Shown here piece after piece: positions 8,417-17,485 of a stretch of 64,000 nt of DNA. Every line of letters begins with the position of its first letter. Position 1 is the stretch's first letter. Below the pieces are notes generated by a model. It searched no databases. It was not told the DNA's origin and saw only the letters and a list, made by a program, of their open reading frames with translations. A program made the position numbers and the translations under genes. The DNA comes from Sedimentisphaerales bacterium (GTDB lineage: Bacteria > Planctomycetota > Phycisphaerae > Sedimentisphaerales > Anaerobacaceae), in assembly GCA_963708075.1 (NCBI GenBank), contig OY970194.1:5504001-5568000 (forward strand), written 5' to 3'.

Positions 8417-10396
8417 ATGGTAACACAGAAGTTCACAGGCGAAACCGTCTCCCCCGGGGCGGCCAAAGGACGCCTGGTATTCTTTCAGGATGAGTATGAC
8501 TATGGCTTCTCTGGATTGGAAGAGGCGGCCACAGGCGATGTGCAGCGGCAAATCGCCCGGTTCGAGGACCATGTGGAGTTTCTTGTCAAGGAGTTGACGG
8601 AAGCGGTCTATGTTCTGGAGCACGAGTCGGCGATCGAAGAGGCGGAGATCCTCAGGACTCATATCTATCTGGTCAAGGACCCCAAGTTCCATCAGGACGT
8701 GCGCCAGGAGATCATCGAGCATGGGCGGGCGGCGGAAACCGCTATCGAGGCTACGCTGCGCAAGATGATCGTCGCCTTCGAGCGCTCGGAGAATGATCTG
8801 ATTTCCGAGCGGGCCGGCGATATCCGCGACATCCTCAGCCGGTTGAGCCGGCGGGTGAACCAGCAGAGCCGTCAGGCCTTCGAGGCGCTGCGGGGATCGG
8901 GAGCGATCGTTCTGGCGACAAGGGAGCTGTTGCCCTCGATCGTGCTGGAAGCACGGCATAGCAGCGTCGTGGGTTTCGTGGTCGAGCGGGGCAGCGGCTT
9001 ATCTCACGCCGCTATCCTGGCCAAGTCGCTCGGCTTTCCAATGATCCGCGTGGATGACCTGCGGGCGCTGGAGACGGCGGCGAACCAGGAGGTGCTCATC
9101 GATGCGACGAACGGCAGCATTGTCGTAGCGCCAGGCATACAGGAGGTCGTGCAGAGCCTGGACCCGGCCTCCTCACTGGGCAGGCTGGACCGCGCCACAC
9201 TGCCGGCTCGATTATGGGTGAACGTTGCCGATCCCGGCCAAGTGTCGTCGGGACTGCTCGAGAGGGTCGAGGGCGTCGGGCTCTATCGCACCGAGGTCCT
9301 GTTCATGGAGCAGACGGATGATTTCCCGAGCGAGCAGCAGCAGTACGAGGTGTATAAGTCGCTCTTTGAGACGTGCCGGCCGGACCATCCTGTGACCATT
9401 CGCACGGCCGACATCGGCGGCGACAAGACGCTGCCCTATTTCTCGTTCGGTTCCAGGGAAAATCCCTATCTGAGCATACGGGCCTTGCGGGTCTACCGCG
9501 AGCACCCGGAGATCTTCATCATCCAGATGCGGGCCATCCTGCGGGCGGCGGTCAATGCTTCGGGGCTGCGCGTGATGTACCCCATGGTCGCAAGCGTGGA
9601 GGACCTTGCCTTCCTCCGCAAGCTGATCACCGAAGTGATTCGCAGCCTGGAGGCCCGCGGCGAGACGTACCAGAGCAATTTCCAGCAGGGGATCATGATC
9701 GAGGTCCCCTCGGCGGTCTGGAACTGCAAAGAGCTTCTCGACGTGGTCGATTTTGCCAGCGTGGGCACGAACGATCTGCTCCAGTACTTCTTCGCAGTCA
9801 ATCGCGACGACATCGACGCCACCCAGGGCTACCGGGTGCAGAACCCCGTGGCGTTGCAGATGCTCAAGCACATCGTCGATTGTGCGGGCAAGGCGGGCAA
9901 GCCGTTGAGCATCTGCGGCGAGATCGCCTCGGACCCGCAATTGGTGCCCCTGCTGATCGGGCTCGGCTTTCACGACCTGAGCGTCGATGTTCACTTCGTT
10001 TCGCAGATCGAGCAGATCATATCGGGCCTGGACCTTGCCGCGTGCGAGCGGCTGGCGGACCAGTGCCTCAAGGCGCACAGCTCCCAGGAAGTGAGAAAGC
10101 TGTTGAGCGACTCCGTCGTCACGCGAAAGTCCACGGGCAATGGCGGCACACCCGGCCACGGCCGCGCGATCGATCCGGTGTGCGAGATCCTGATGGACAT
10201 CGCCGACAGCAGCCTGGCCATCACGCGCGAGGGTCGAACGCTGTATTTCTGCTCCGCACGATGCCGGGATGAGTACTTCCGCCGGGAGTTGTACAACGTT
10301 GAACGTGCGGTGAATCCGTCCGGCAAGCTGTACACTATCGCAGTCGCTCCGGAGGGCTGGGCGGCAGCCTGGCGAGGTGGGAAAAGTCTCCAATGA
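8417..10396 (+). CDS. PEP-protein phosphotransferase (PTS Enzyme I-like) with C-terminal YHS/TRASH domain
   Basis: Phospho-His motif GSGLSHAAILAKSLG. PEP-binding motifs GVGLYRTE, IRTADIGGDK, ENPYLSIR, SVGTNDLLQY, ICGEIASD. C-terminal IDPVCEILMD...YFCSARC. Confidence 0.9.
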   Translation: MVTQKFTGETVSPGAAKGRLVFFQDEYDYGFSGLEEAATGDVQRQIARFEDHVEFLVKELTEAVYVLEHESAIEEAEILRTHIYLVKDPKFHQDVRQEIIEHGRAAETAIEATLRKMIVAFERSENDLISERAGDIRDILSRLSRRVNQQSRQAFEALRGSGAIVLATRELLPSIVLEARHSSVVGFVVERGSGLSHAAILAKSLGFPMIRVDDLRALETAANQEVLIDATNGSIVVAPGIQEVVQSLDPASSLGRLDRATLPARLWVNVADPGQVSSGLLERVEGVGLYRTEVLFMEQTDDFPSEQQQYEVYKSLFETCRPDHPVTIRTADIGGDKTLPYFSFGSRENPYLSIRALRVYREHPEIFIIQMRAILRAAVNASGLRVMYPMVASVEDLAFLRKLITEVIRSLEARGETYQSNFQQGIMIEVPSAVWNCKELLDVVDFASVGTNDLLQYFFAVNRDDIDATQGYRVQNPVALQMLKHIVDCAGKAGKPLSICGEIASDPQLVPLLIGLGFHDLSVDVHFVSQIEQIISGLDLAACERLADQCLKAHSSQEVRKLLSDSVVTRKSTGNGGTPGHGRAIDPVCEILMDIADSSLAITREGRTLYFCSARCRDEYFRRELYNVERAVNPSGKLYTIAVAPEGWAAAWRGGKSLQ

Positions 10397-12595
10397 AATC
10401 GCAGAGCGATTCAAACGATAACAAGGCGTCGCACGAGCACGTCACGGAGCACGTGGAACACGTCCGGCACGGCGAACGATACGAGCGCGTGCATCGCCAT
10501 CCGAAGCCCGAGCACCATGAAGCCGCCGGGCGCAAGAGCACATAGCGCACGAGAAGGACCAGTTGGCGGCCCATGCTCTGCACGGTCCTCACGCAGGCGG
10601 CCACGCGGCTCATCACTCCCACATGGTGGAGGACTTCCGCAGGCGATTCTGGATCTCCCTCGCGGCGACGGTGCCCATCGTGGTTCTCTCGCCGATGGTT
10701 CAGGAGATGCTTGGCTTTCGGCTCGCCTTTCCGGGCGACGTGTGGGTCCTGTTCGCCCTCTCCACGTTCGTCTTCTTCTACGGCGGCCGGCCCTTCCTGA
10801 AAGGGCTTGTCGATGAGCTGCGGGACCGGCTGCCGGGCATGATGACGCTGATCGGCCTGGCTATCACCGTCGCGTATGCGTACAGCAGCCTGGTCGTCTT
10901 CGGCCTGCGCGGGCAGCTCTTCTTCTGGGAGCTGGCCACGCTGATCGACATCATGTTGCTGGGCCACTGGATCGAGATGCGCTCCGTGATGGGCGCGTCG
11001 AGGGCGCTGGAGGATTTGGCCAGGTTGCTGCCGGCCGAGGCGCATCGGCTCGAGGCGGACGGCTCTGTTCGGGACGTCCCGCTGGGTCAACTGCAGCAAG
11101 GGGACAACGTGCTGGTCCGCCCCGGCGAGAGGATTCCCGCCGACGGCCGGATCGTCTATGGTGAAAGCGAAATTGACGAGTCCATGATTACCGGCGAGTC
11201 CCGGCCGGTCGCCAGGAAACAGGACGACCAGGTGATCGGCGGCTCCGTCAACGGCACCGGCTCGCTGACCATCGACGTGACCCGGACGGGTGAGGATTCC
11301 TACCTGTCGCAAGTGGTCAAGCTCGTCGAGCAGGCCTCCGCCGGCAAGTCTCGGCGCAGGGCTTGGCGGACAAGGCCGCGTTCGCGCTCACCGTGATCGC
11401 CCTGGCGGTCGGCACAATCACACTCGTCGTGTGGCTGGTTCTCGGCCAGCGGTTCGCCTTCGCCCTGGAGCGGATGGTCACCGTGATGGTCATCACGTGT
11501 CCGCACGCCCTCGGACTGGCGGTGCCGCTGGTGGTCGCGATGATCACCGCGGTGTCGGCCCGTAACGGCCTGCTGATCCGCAATAGAATCCAGTTCGAAA
11601 ACGCCCGTAACCTCGACACGGTCGTCTTCGACAAGACGGGAACGCTGACGAAAGGGCAGTTCGGCGTCAGCGACGTGGTCAGCTTCGGCGGCTGGAGCCG
11701 GGACGACCTGCTGCGAAAGGCCGCCTCCATCGAGCAGAACTCGGAACACTCCATCGCCCGGGGCATCGTGCGCCAGGCACAGGAGAAGGGCTTGCCGCTC
11801 GCGAGCGTCACCAACTTCGACTCCATCCCCGGACAAGGCGCGAAAGCGGCCGTGGATGGGGAGGAGATTTACATCGGCAATATGCGAATCCTCGCGAGCG
11901 CCCGCGCCGATGCAAGTCGGGTGCTGACGAAAGTCGATGAGATCGCCTCGCAGGGCAAGACGATCGTGCTCGTCGCCGCCGGCGGCAAGGTCCATGGGCT
12001 GATCGCCCTGGCGGACATCATCCGCGAGGAGTCCCGGCAGGCTGTCGCGATGCTCAGGCAGCAGAACCTGCAGGTCGCCATGATTACCGGCGACAACGAA
12101 GCCACCGCCCGCTATGTGGCCGGGGAACTCGGGCTCGATACGTACTTTGCCGAGGTCCTGCCCGACCGGAAATCGCAGAAGATCAAGGAGCTTCAGGAGC
12201 AGGGCAGGCGAGTGGCCATGGTCGGCGACGGCGTGAACGACGCCCCGGCGCTGGCGCAGGCCGACGTGGGCATCGCGATCGGGGCGGGAACGGACGTGGC
12301 CATCGAGACGGCCGACGTCATTCTCGTCGAGAACGATCCGCGGGACGTGGCCGACGTGATTTCGCTCTCGCGGCTGGCGAATCGCAAGATGATGCAGAAC
12401 CTCGTCTGGGCGACGGGCTACAACGTGATCGCCATTCCGCTGGCAGCCGGCGTGCTGTATGGGTACGGCATCATCCTGCCGCCTGCCGTCGGGGCCCTGG
12501 TCATGTCCCTGAGCACCGTCATCGTAGCCATCAACGCCCGGCTCATCCGCTACGGCAAACGCGGCAACAGGATGGCCGGGGGAGAATATCGATGA
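10393..12595 (+). CDS. copB: copper-exporting P1B-type ATPase (CopB/P1B-3 type) with His-rich N-terminus; two apparent frameshifts (~10530, ~11355)
   Basis: ATG overlaps the EI stop (ATGA). His-rich leader HEHVTEHVEHVRH. Motifs TGES, CPHALGLA, DKTGTLT, GDGVNDAP, GYN and MSLST are spread over three frames. Confidence 0.88.
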
Positions 12596-12732
12596 AACCC
12601 GGCGGGCCGTTGAGCATCGAGCACAGGCTGATCGAGCGGATGGTCAGGCTGCTCGCCGACGAGCTGCGGGCGATGATCCACGAGAAATACCGGAGACTCG
12701 TGGAAGAGAACGAAAAGGCGCTGGCGCGTTGA
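12592..12732 (+). pseudogene. 46-codon internally deleted remnant of a hemerythrin/HHE-domain protein
   Basis: MKPGGPLSIEHRLIERMV resembles the N-terminus, and MIHEKYRRLVE the C-terminus, of a hemerythrin-like family (recalled, not searched). ATGA-coupled to copB. Confidence 0.6.
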
Positions 12733-12767
12733 GAATTTTCGGGTGCAGGGAAAACCGGGGACTGAAA

Positions 12768-13826
12768 ATGGATACCAGTCATATACTTTCTGCGAGCGAT
12801 CTGTACCGCTGGGTCGATGACCTCGTCGGCCGGTTCCGCGTGTTCGGGCCGGTCCTTCAGAAGAGAAACCAGACCACGTTCGAGCCGATCCACGACAGCG
12901 GACAACTGAACCTCGACTACTGCAGCACGATGCTCGGCCCGCGGTCATTCATCTACCCGTCCGTACAGAAGCTCCTCGAGATCGACCACAAGACAAACGC
13001 GTACAAGGTCGTCGATCCTGGGCCGGAGCAGACGCAACTGATTTTCGCCATCCACCCGTGCGATATGCACGCGATCACTGTGCTTGACAGGACTTTCCTC
13101 GGCTATTTTCAAGATTATTACTACTCCAAGCTGCGGGAGGAAACGTTTACAGTGGTGCTGAACTGTAATCGGGCCTGTGACAAGGGATTCTGTCCGTCGA
13201 TGGGCACGGGCCCGTTCCTGCGGATTCAGGAAGGGTACGATGTCGAGATGACCTCTCTGGGTGACGAGTTTCTGCTGGAGAGTGGCTCCGAGCGAGGCCG
13301 CGAGCTGATCGAGGCCGCCCCGGGCGTCAGGACCGCGAGTGAGGAACACCTGCAAAGGAAGGCGGCGATCGAGGAGCAGGCGACGGCCTCTTTCAAAAAG
13401 AGTATCGATACAGACGGTCTACCCGAGCTATTGATGCAAACTCTCGATCACCCGGTATACAAGGAGGTCGCCGACGAGCGCTGCCTCGGGTGCACGAATT
13501 GCACGATGGTCTGCCCGACGTGCTACTGCTACAACGTCGTGGATCGCTCGGACTTCGGCCCCGAGCCGATTGAGCGGAGGCGGCAGTGGGATTCGTGCCA
13601 GGACCTGTACTTCGCACAGGTCCACACGGGCAATTTCCGCGCGCCGCAACAGGCCCGCCTGCGGCAGTTTCTCACCCACAAGCTGGGCACATGGCTCGAG
13701 CAATACGGGTGCTTCGGTTGTATTGGCTGCGGCCGCTGCATGACCTGGTGTCCCACGGAGATCGACATCACGGAAATGGCCAAGGAGATTCAACGCGCCC
13801 CGGCGAGGGGATTGGAGCAGGAGTAG
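12768..13826 (+). CDS. sulfhydrogenase beta subunit (HydB/AsrA-like 4Fe-4S dicluster protein)
   Basis: CLGCTNCTMVCPTCYC, WDSC, GCIGCGRCMTWCP and HPCD motifs. Confidence 0.9.
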   Translation: MDTSHILSASDLYRWVDDLVGRFRVFGPVLQKRNQTTFEPIHDSGQLNLDYCSTMLGPRSFIYPSVQKLLEIDHKTNAYKVVDPGPEQTQLIFAIHPCDMHAITVLDRTFLGYFQDYYYSKLREETFTVVLNCNRACDKGFCPSMGTGPFLRIQEGYDVEMTSLGDEFLLESGSERGRELIEAAPGVRTASEEHLQRKAAIEEQATASFKKSIDTDGLPELLMQTLDHPVYKEVADERCLGCTNCTMVCPTCYCYNVVDRSDFGPEPIERRRQWDSCQDLYFAQVHTGNFRAPQQARLRQFLTHKLGTWLEQYGCFGCIGCGRCMTWCPTEIDITEMAKEIQRAPARGLEQE

Positions 13827-14690
13827 ATGACGATGAGCAGACTGGCTGTCAATCCGTTAGTCGCCGAGCTGGCTCGCGTCGAGGGAAAAGTCGAGGAAAC
13901 CGCCGACACGATTTCGCTGCGGTTTTCGCACATCAGTTCTGAGCCGCTGGCTTATAAGCCCGGCCAATTCAATATGATCGGCTTCCCGGGATTTGGCGAG
14001 GCGCCATTCTCGTTCAGCTCCCTGGATGCCGGCGATGGGACATTCGTTCACACGATCCGTGCGGCGGGAAATGTGGTCTCCGCCTTGCAGCGGCTTGAGC
14101 GGGGCGATCAGTTGGCATTCCGCGGCCCGTTCGGCACCGGCTGGCCACTCAAGGGCGCCCGGGGCAAAAACCTGCTCATCGTGGCCGGCGGGATCGGCAT
14201 GGCCCCCCTGCGCCCGGTCGTGTACTACGTGCTGAAGAACCGGGACAGCTTTCGCGATGTCTATCTGCTCTACGGGGCGAAGAAATCCGATGATCTGCTG
14301 TACGAGCGAGAGTTTGCCCGTTGGAGCGAGGAGATGACCGTGCTGCTGGCCGCCGAGCAGAGCCTGCCCTCGACCAGATCGAGGGTGCAGGGCGAGTTTA
14401 ATCTGCCGGTCCACGAGGGTCTTGTGACGAAGCTGTTCAAGTCTGTGCATGTACCGCTGCCCGAGACGATCACGTTCACGTGCGGGCCTCAGGTCATGAT
14501 CAAATTCGTCGCCGGCTTGCTGATCCTCGACGGGCAGCGGCCGGACGATATCTACCTCTCTCTCGAACGCAGAATGAAGTGCGGCATCGGGCATTGCGGC
14601 CATTGCCAGATCGGCGCCAGGTACGTCTGCCAGGACGGCCCGGTCTTCCCTCTGGCCGATATCACCCGGTTTCAGGACACTCTGCTTTAG
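13827..14690 (+). CDS. sulfhydrogenase gamma subunit (FAD/NAD(P)-binding, 2Fe-2S; HydG/AsrB-like)
   Basis: PGQFNM, RGPFGTGWP, VAGGIGMAPLR, CGP, ERRMKCGIGHCGHC..VCQDGPVF. Confidence 0.92.
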   Translation: MTMSRLAVNPLVAELARVEGKVEETADTISLRFSHISSEPLAYKPGQFNMIGFPGFGEAPFSFSSLDAGDGTFVHTIRAAGNVVSALQRLERGDQLAFRGPFGTGWPLKGARGKNLLIVAGGIGMAPLRPVVYYVLKNRDSFRDVYLLYGAKKSDDLLYEREFARWSEEMTVLLAAEQSLPSTRSRVQGEFNLPVHEGLVTKLFKSVHVPLPETITFTCGPQVMIKFVAGLLILDGQRPDDIYLSLERRMKCGIGHCGHCQIGARYVCQDGPVFPLADITRFQDTLL

Positions 14691-14699
14691 GAGCAGTCT

Positions 14700-14770
14700 G
14701 TAGGGTGGGTCCTTGACCCACGCGTTTGCCATCGAGGGTTCCTGCCGCGTGGGTTAAGAACCCACCCTAC
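14700..14770. repeat. GTAG-type REP doublet inside the hydrogenase operon
   Basis: Inverted pair GTAGGGTGGGTCCTTGACCCACGCG ... CGCGTGGGTTAAGAACCCACCCTAC. Confidence 0.8.
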
Positions 14771-14804
14771 ATGTTGGCGTGACATCTTTTCGGAAGATCG
14801 AGTT

Positions 14805-15593
14805 ATGAGCGACGGCAAACCCAGGATCGGGGTGTTCAAATACAGTTGCTGTGCGGGCTGTGAGTTCCAGTTGATCTTCTTTCAGAAGTACGTACTGGAG
14901 ACGTTCGAGACCGCCGAGATCATTTATTGCCCGATGCTGCAATCCGGCGGCGTGGAGGACGGTCCCTTCGACGTGGCGCTGATCGAAGGGACGGTCACGG
15001 AGGACTGGCAGGCGGAGCAGTTGAGGAAGGTCCGGAGCATCAGCAAGTGGGTGATCCCCATCGGCTCCTGCGCCGTCTGCGGCGGTGTGCCGGCGATCAA
15101 GAACACACAGGAGGAATACCTCGTTCAGAATCGAGTCTACGCGGACACGTCCAAGGTGCATTCGGTCCGGGCGCACTCCATCGACCAATATGTCCCCGTG
15201 GACGGCTATATCAAGGGCTGCCCGATGGGCGATCGCGACCTGACGGAATTCGTGACCTCGCTGCTGCTGGGCAAGCGGCCGGATTTCCTGTGCTCGGCCG
15301 TCTGCGTCGAATGCAAGCTCAAGGGCAACATCTGCGTGCTGGTCGCGTACGGCTGGCCCTGCATGGGGCCGGTGACCAACTCCGGCTGCGGCGCCCTGTG
15401 CCCCTCCCATGACCGAGCCTGCTACGGCTGTTGGGGGCCCATGGCCTCCGCCAATTCCAGGGCGCTGGCCAACCGGTTCTCGCGGCTGGGACTCACGCCT
15501 GAGGACGTGTACAGGAAGTTTACGGAATTCGGGGAACCCACCAGGGAATGGAAAGCCGGACAGGTGAGAAAGTGGGAAGTCGCACAAAAATAG
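14805..15593 (+). CDS. [NiFe] hydrogenase group 3b small (delta) subunit
   Basis: CCAGC, IEG, IGSCAVCGG, GCP, VCVECK..C, CMGPVT..GCGALCP...CYGC. Confidence 0.92.
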   Translation: MSDGKPRIGVFKYSCCAGCEFQLIFFQKYVLETFETAEIIYCPMLQSGGVEDGPFDVALIEGTVTEDWQAEQLRKVRSISKWVIPIGSCAVCGGVPAIKNTQEEYLVQNRVYADTSKVHSVRAHSIDQYVPVDGYIKGCPMGDRDLTEFVTSLLLGKRPDFLCSAVCVECKLKGNICVLVAYGWPCMGPVTNSGCGALCPSHDRACYGCWGPMASANSRALANRFSRLGLTPEDVYRKFTEFGEPTREWKAGQVRKWEVAQK

Positions 15594-16830
15594 AAGTGAA
15601 TTACATAGCGAGGGTGGAAGGCGAGGCGGCGCTGGCTGTGGAGCTCGATGGCGAGACGTTCCTGCAATTGAAGATTTTCGAGCCCCCGCGGTTTTTCGAG
15701 GGCTTTCTCGTCGGCCGCAAGTATGACGAGGTCGGGGACATCGTCTCGCGGATCTGCGGGATCTGCCCGGTGTCCCACATGATCACGGCGATCCAGGCCG
15801 TTGAGAGAGCCACGGGGATCGAGGTCAGCGAGCAGACACTGACGCTGCGGCGGCTCATGTGCCTCAGCCAGATCGTCGCCAGCCACCTGGTGCACTTGTA
15901 CGTGCTGGCAATGCCGGACTATTACGGCTTTCCCGGAATCGTCGGTATGCAGGAGCGATTCGGCGACCGGCTCCTGCGGCTGATGCGGATGAAGGACGTG
16001 GTGAACAAGCTGACCGGTATCATCGGCGGCCGGGCGCTGCACCCGGTGACCGCGTTGCCCGGCGGCTTTACGGCAATCCCGAAGCAACGGGATTTTGCCG
16101 ACGTTCTGGAGGAACTGAAAGCGATCCGGCAGGACGCCGCGCAGGTGGTCCACGACGTCGCCGATTTCAAGATGCCCGACTTCCACGCGGATTGTGAGCA
16201 CCTGGCCCTTAATGTCGAGCAGCGGTACGCGATCAACGGTGGCACGATCGTCTCCGACAAGGGGCTGGCCATCGAGATCGAGCAGTACGGCGAGTATTTC
16301 CATGAGACCGAAGTCCCGTATGCGTTCACCAAGAAATCCACGATTGGGGACCAGACCACGATCCGGGTCGGTGCCCTGGCAAGGATGAACAACAAATTCG
16401 ACAAACTCCAGGAAGGTACGAAATCGCTCGCGCGGGAGATCGGCTTCTCGCCGCCGGATGATAATCCGTTTCATAACAACCTGGCGCAGAGCCTTGAGGT
16501 GGTGGACGGGGTCGAGCAGTGCATCCAGATCCTTGAGAACCGCCTCATTCGAGGACGAGGAGATTTACGCAAGCCCGGAGGCGGGCGAGGGCGGCGCGAT
16601 GACCGAGGCGCCTTCGCGGCCTGCTGTACCACTGGTACAGGATCGACAGGCAGGGAGTCGTCGAGGAGGCCAACATCGTTACGCCCACCTCTCACAACTT
16701 CCGGGTCATCGAGAGGGACCTGAAGGAGTTGGTCACCCGGCACCGGGACCTGGAGTCATCCACGCTGCGGCTTCTGTGCGAACAGCTCGTGCGGGCCTAC
16801 GACCCGTGTTTCTCCTGTTCCGTGCATTGA
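15572..16830 (+). CDS. [NiFe] hydrogenase group 3b large (alpha) subunit; two apparent +1 indels (~16548, ~16614)
   Basis: RVEGE, EPPRFFE, L1 motif RICGICPVSH, EAP(R)GLLYH, and L2 motif RAYDPCFSCSVH followed directly by TGA at 16828-16830. Start codon uncertain. Confidence 0.9.
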
Positions 16831-16867
16831 ATCATAAATAGATAATCGTGAACCCCAGGGGTGTAAC

Positions 16868-17275
16868 ATGATCGAGTATGGATTCGTCAAAGAGCTGGAT
16901 ATGGATTTTGAATCGGCCCTGGAAACGGTGAAAAACTCGCTGAGAGAGGAAGGCTTCAACATCCTGACGGCCATCGACGTCCGGGAGAAACTACAGGAGA
17001 AGCTCGGCGTCGATTTCCCGAAGTACGTGATCCTCGGCGCATGCGACGCCACCAGTGCGCACAAGGCGCTGATGGTGGAAGAGAATATTGGGTTGATGCT
17101 GCCCTGCAATGTGGTCGTGCACGAGAGCGACGGCAAGACCGTCGTGGCGGCGATCCGGCCGACCGTCGCCATGCAGATGATCGATAATCTCGATCTGCGG
17201 CGCATCGCCAAAGATGTCGAGCGCAGGCTCAAGCACGTCATCGACTCCCTCCAGCCGGTGGAGGCACTGACATAG
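16868..17275 (+). CDS. DUF302 domain protein
   Basis: EGFNILTAIDV, YVILGAC, IGLMLPCNVVV pattern. Confidence 0.85.
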   Translation: MIEYGFVKELDMDFESALETVKNSLREEGFNILTAIDVREKLQEKLGVDFPKYVILGACDATSAHKALMVEENIGLMLPCNVVVHESDGKTVVAAIRPTVAMQMIDNLDLRRIAKDVERRLKHVIDSLQPVEALT

Positions 17276-17305
17276 GTCACAGACTGCCCGCCGGCAAATA
17301 ACGGC

Positions 17306-17380
17306 GGGTGGCAGCGGCAAGCAGAGAGAGGCGGAGCTTGCCGATGCCACCCAGCACAGTGCCCTAAAACTCGCACAGAC
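17306..17380. repeat. REP-like palindrome, GGGTGGCA family; inverted near-copy at 52743-52817
   Basis: GGGTGGCAGCGGCAAG...CTTGCCGATGCCACCC plus ~28 nt of flank shared with 52743-52817. Confidence 0.8.
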
Positions 17381-17485
17381 GCGCGCGGACCGCCGGATTT
17401 TTTGTGCTGGACTTGTGACCACCCATCGGGTATCAGCGAAGTCAGCTTTGATAACTGGGGCGCCCCCCTGATGGAGGACAAGGCC

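Noticed and set aside
15572..16830. Selenocysteine ([NiFeSe]) hydrogenase
   Set aside because: Both L2 cysteines are TGT codons. The TGA follows the terminal His and is a normal stop.
10393..16830. Calling copB and the hydrogenase large subunit pseudogenes or programmed frameshifts
   Set aside because: All catalytic motifs are intact, there are no slippery heptamers at the shift sites, and similar indels occur across unrelated genes. This points to sequencing error.
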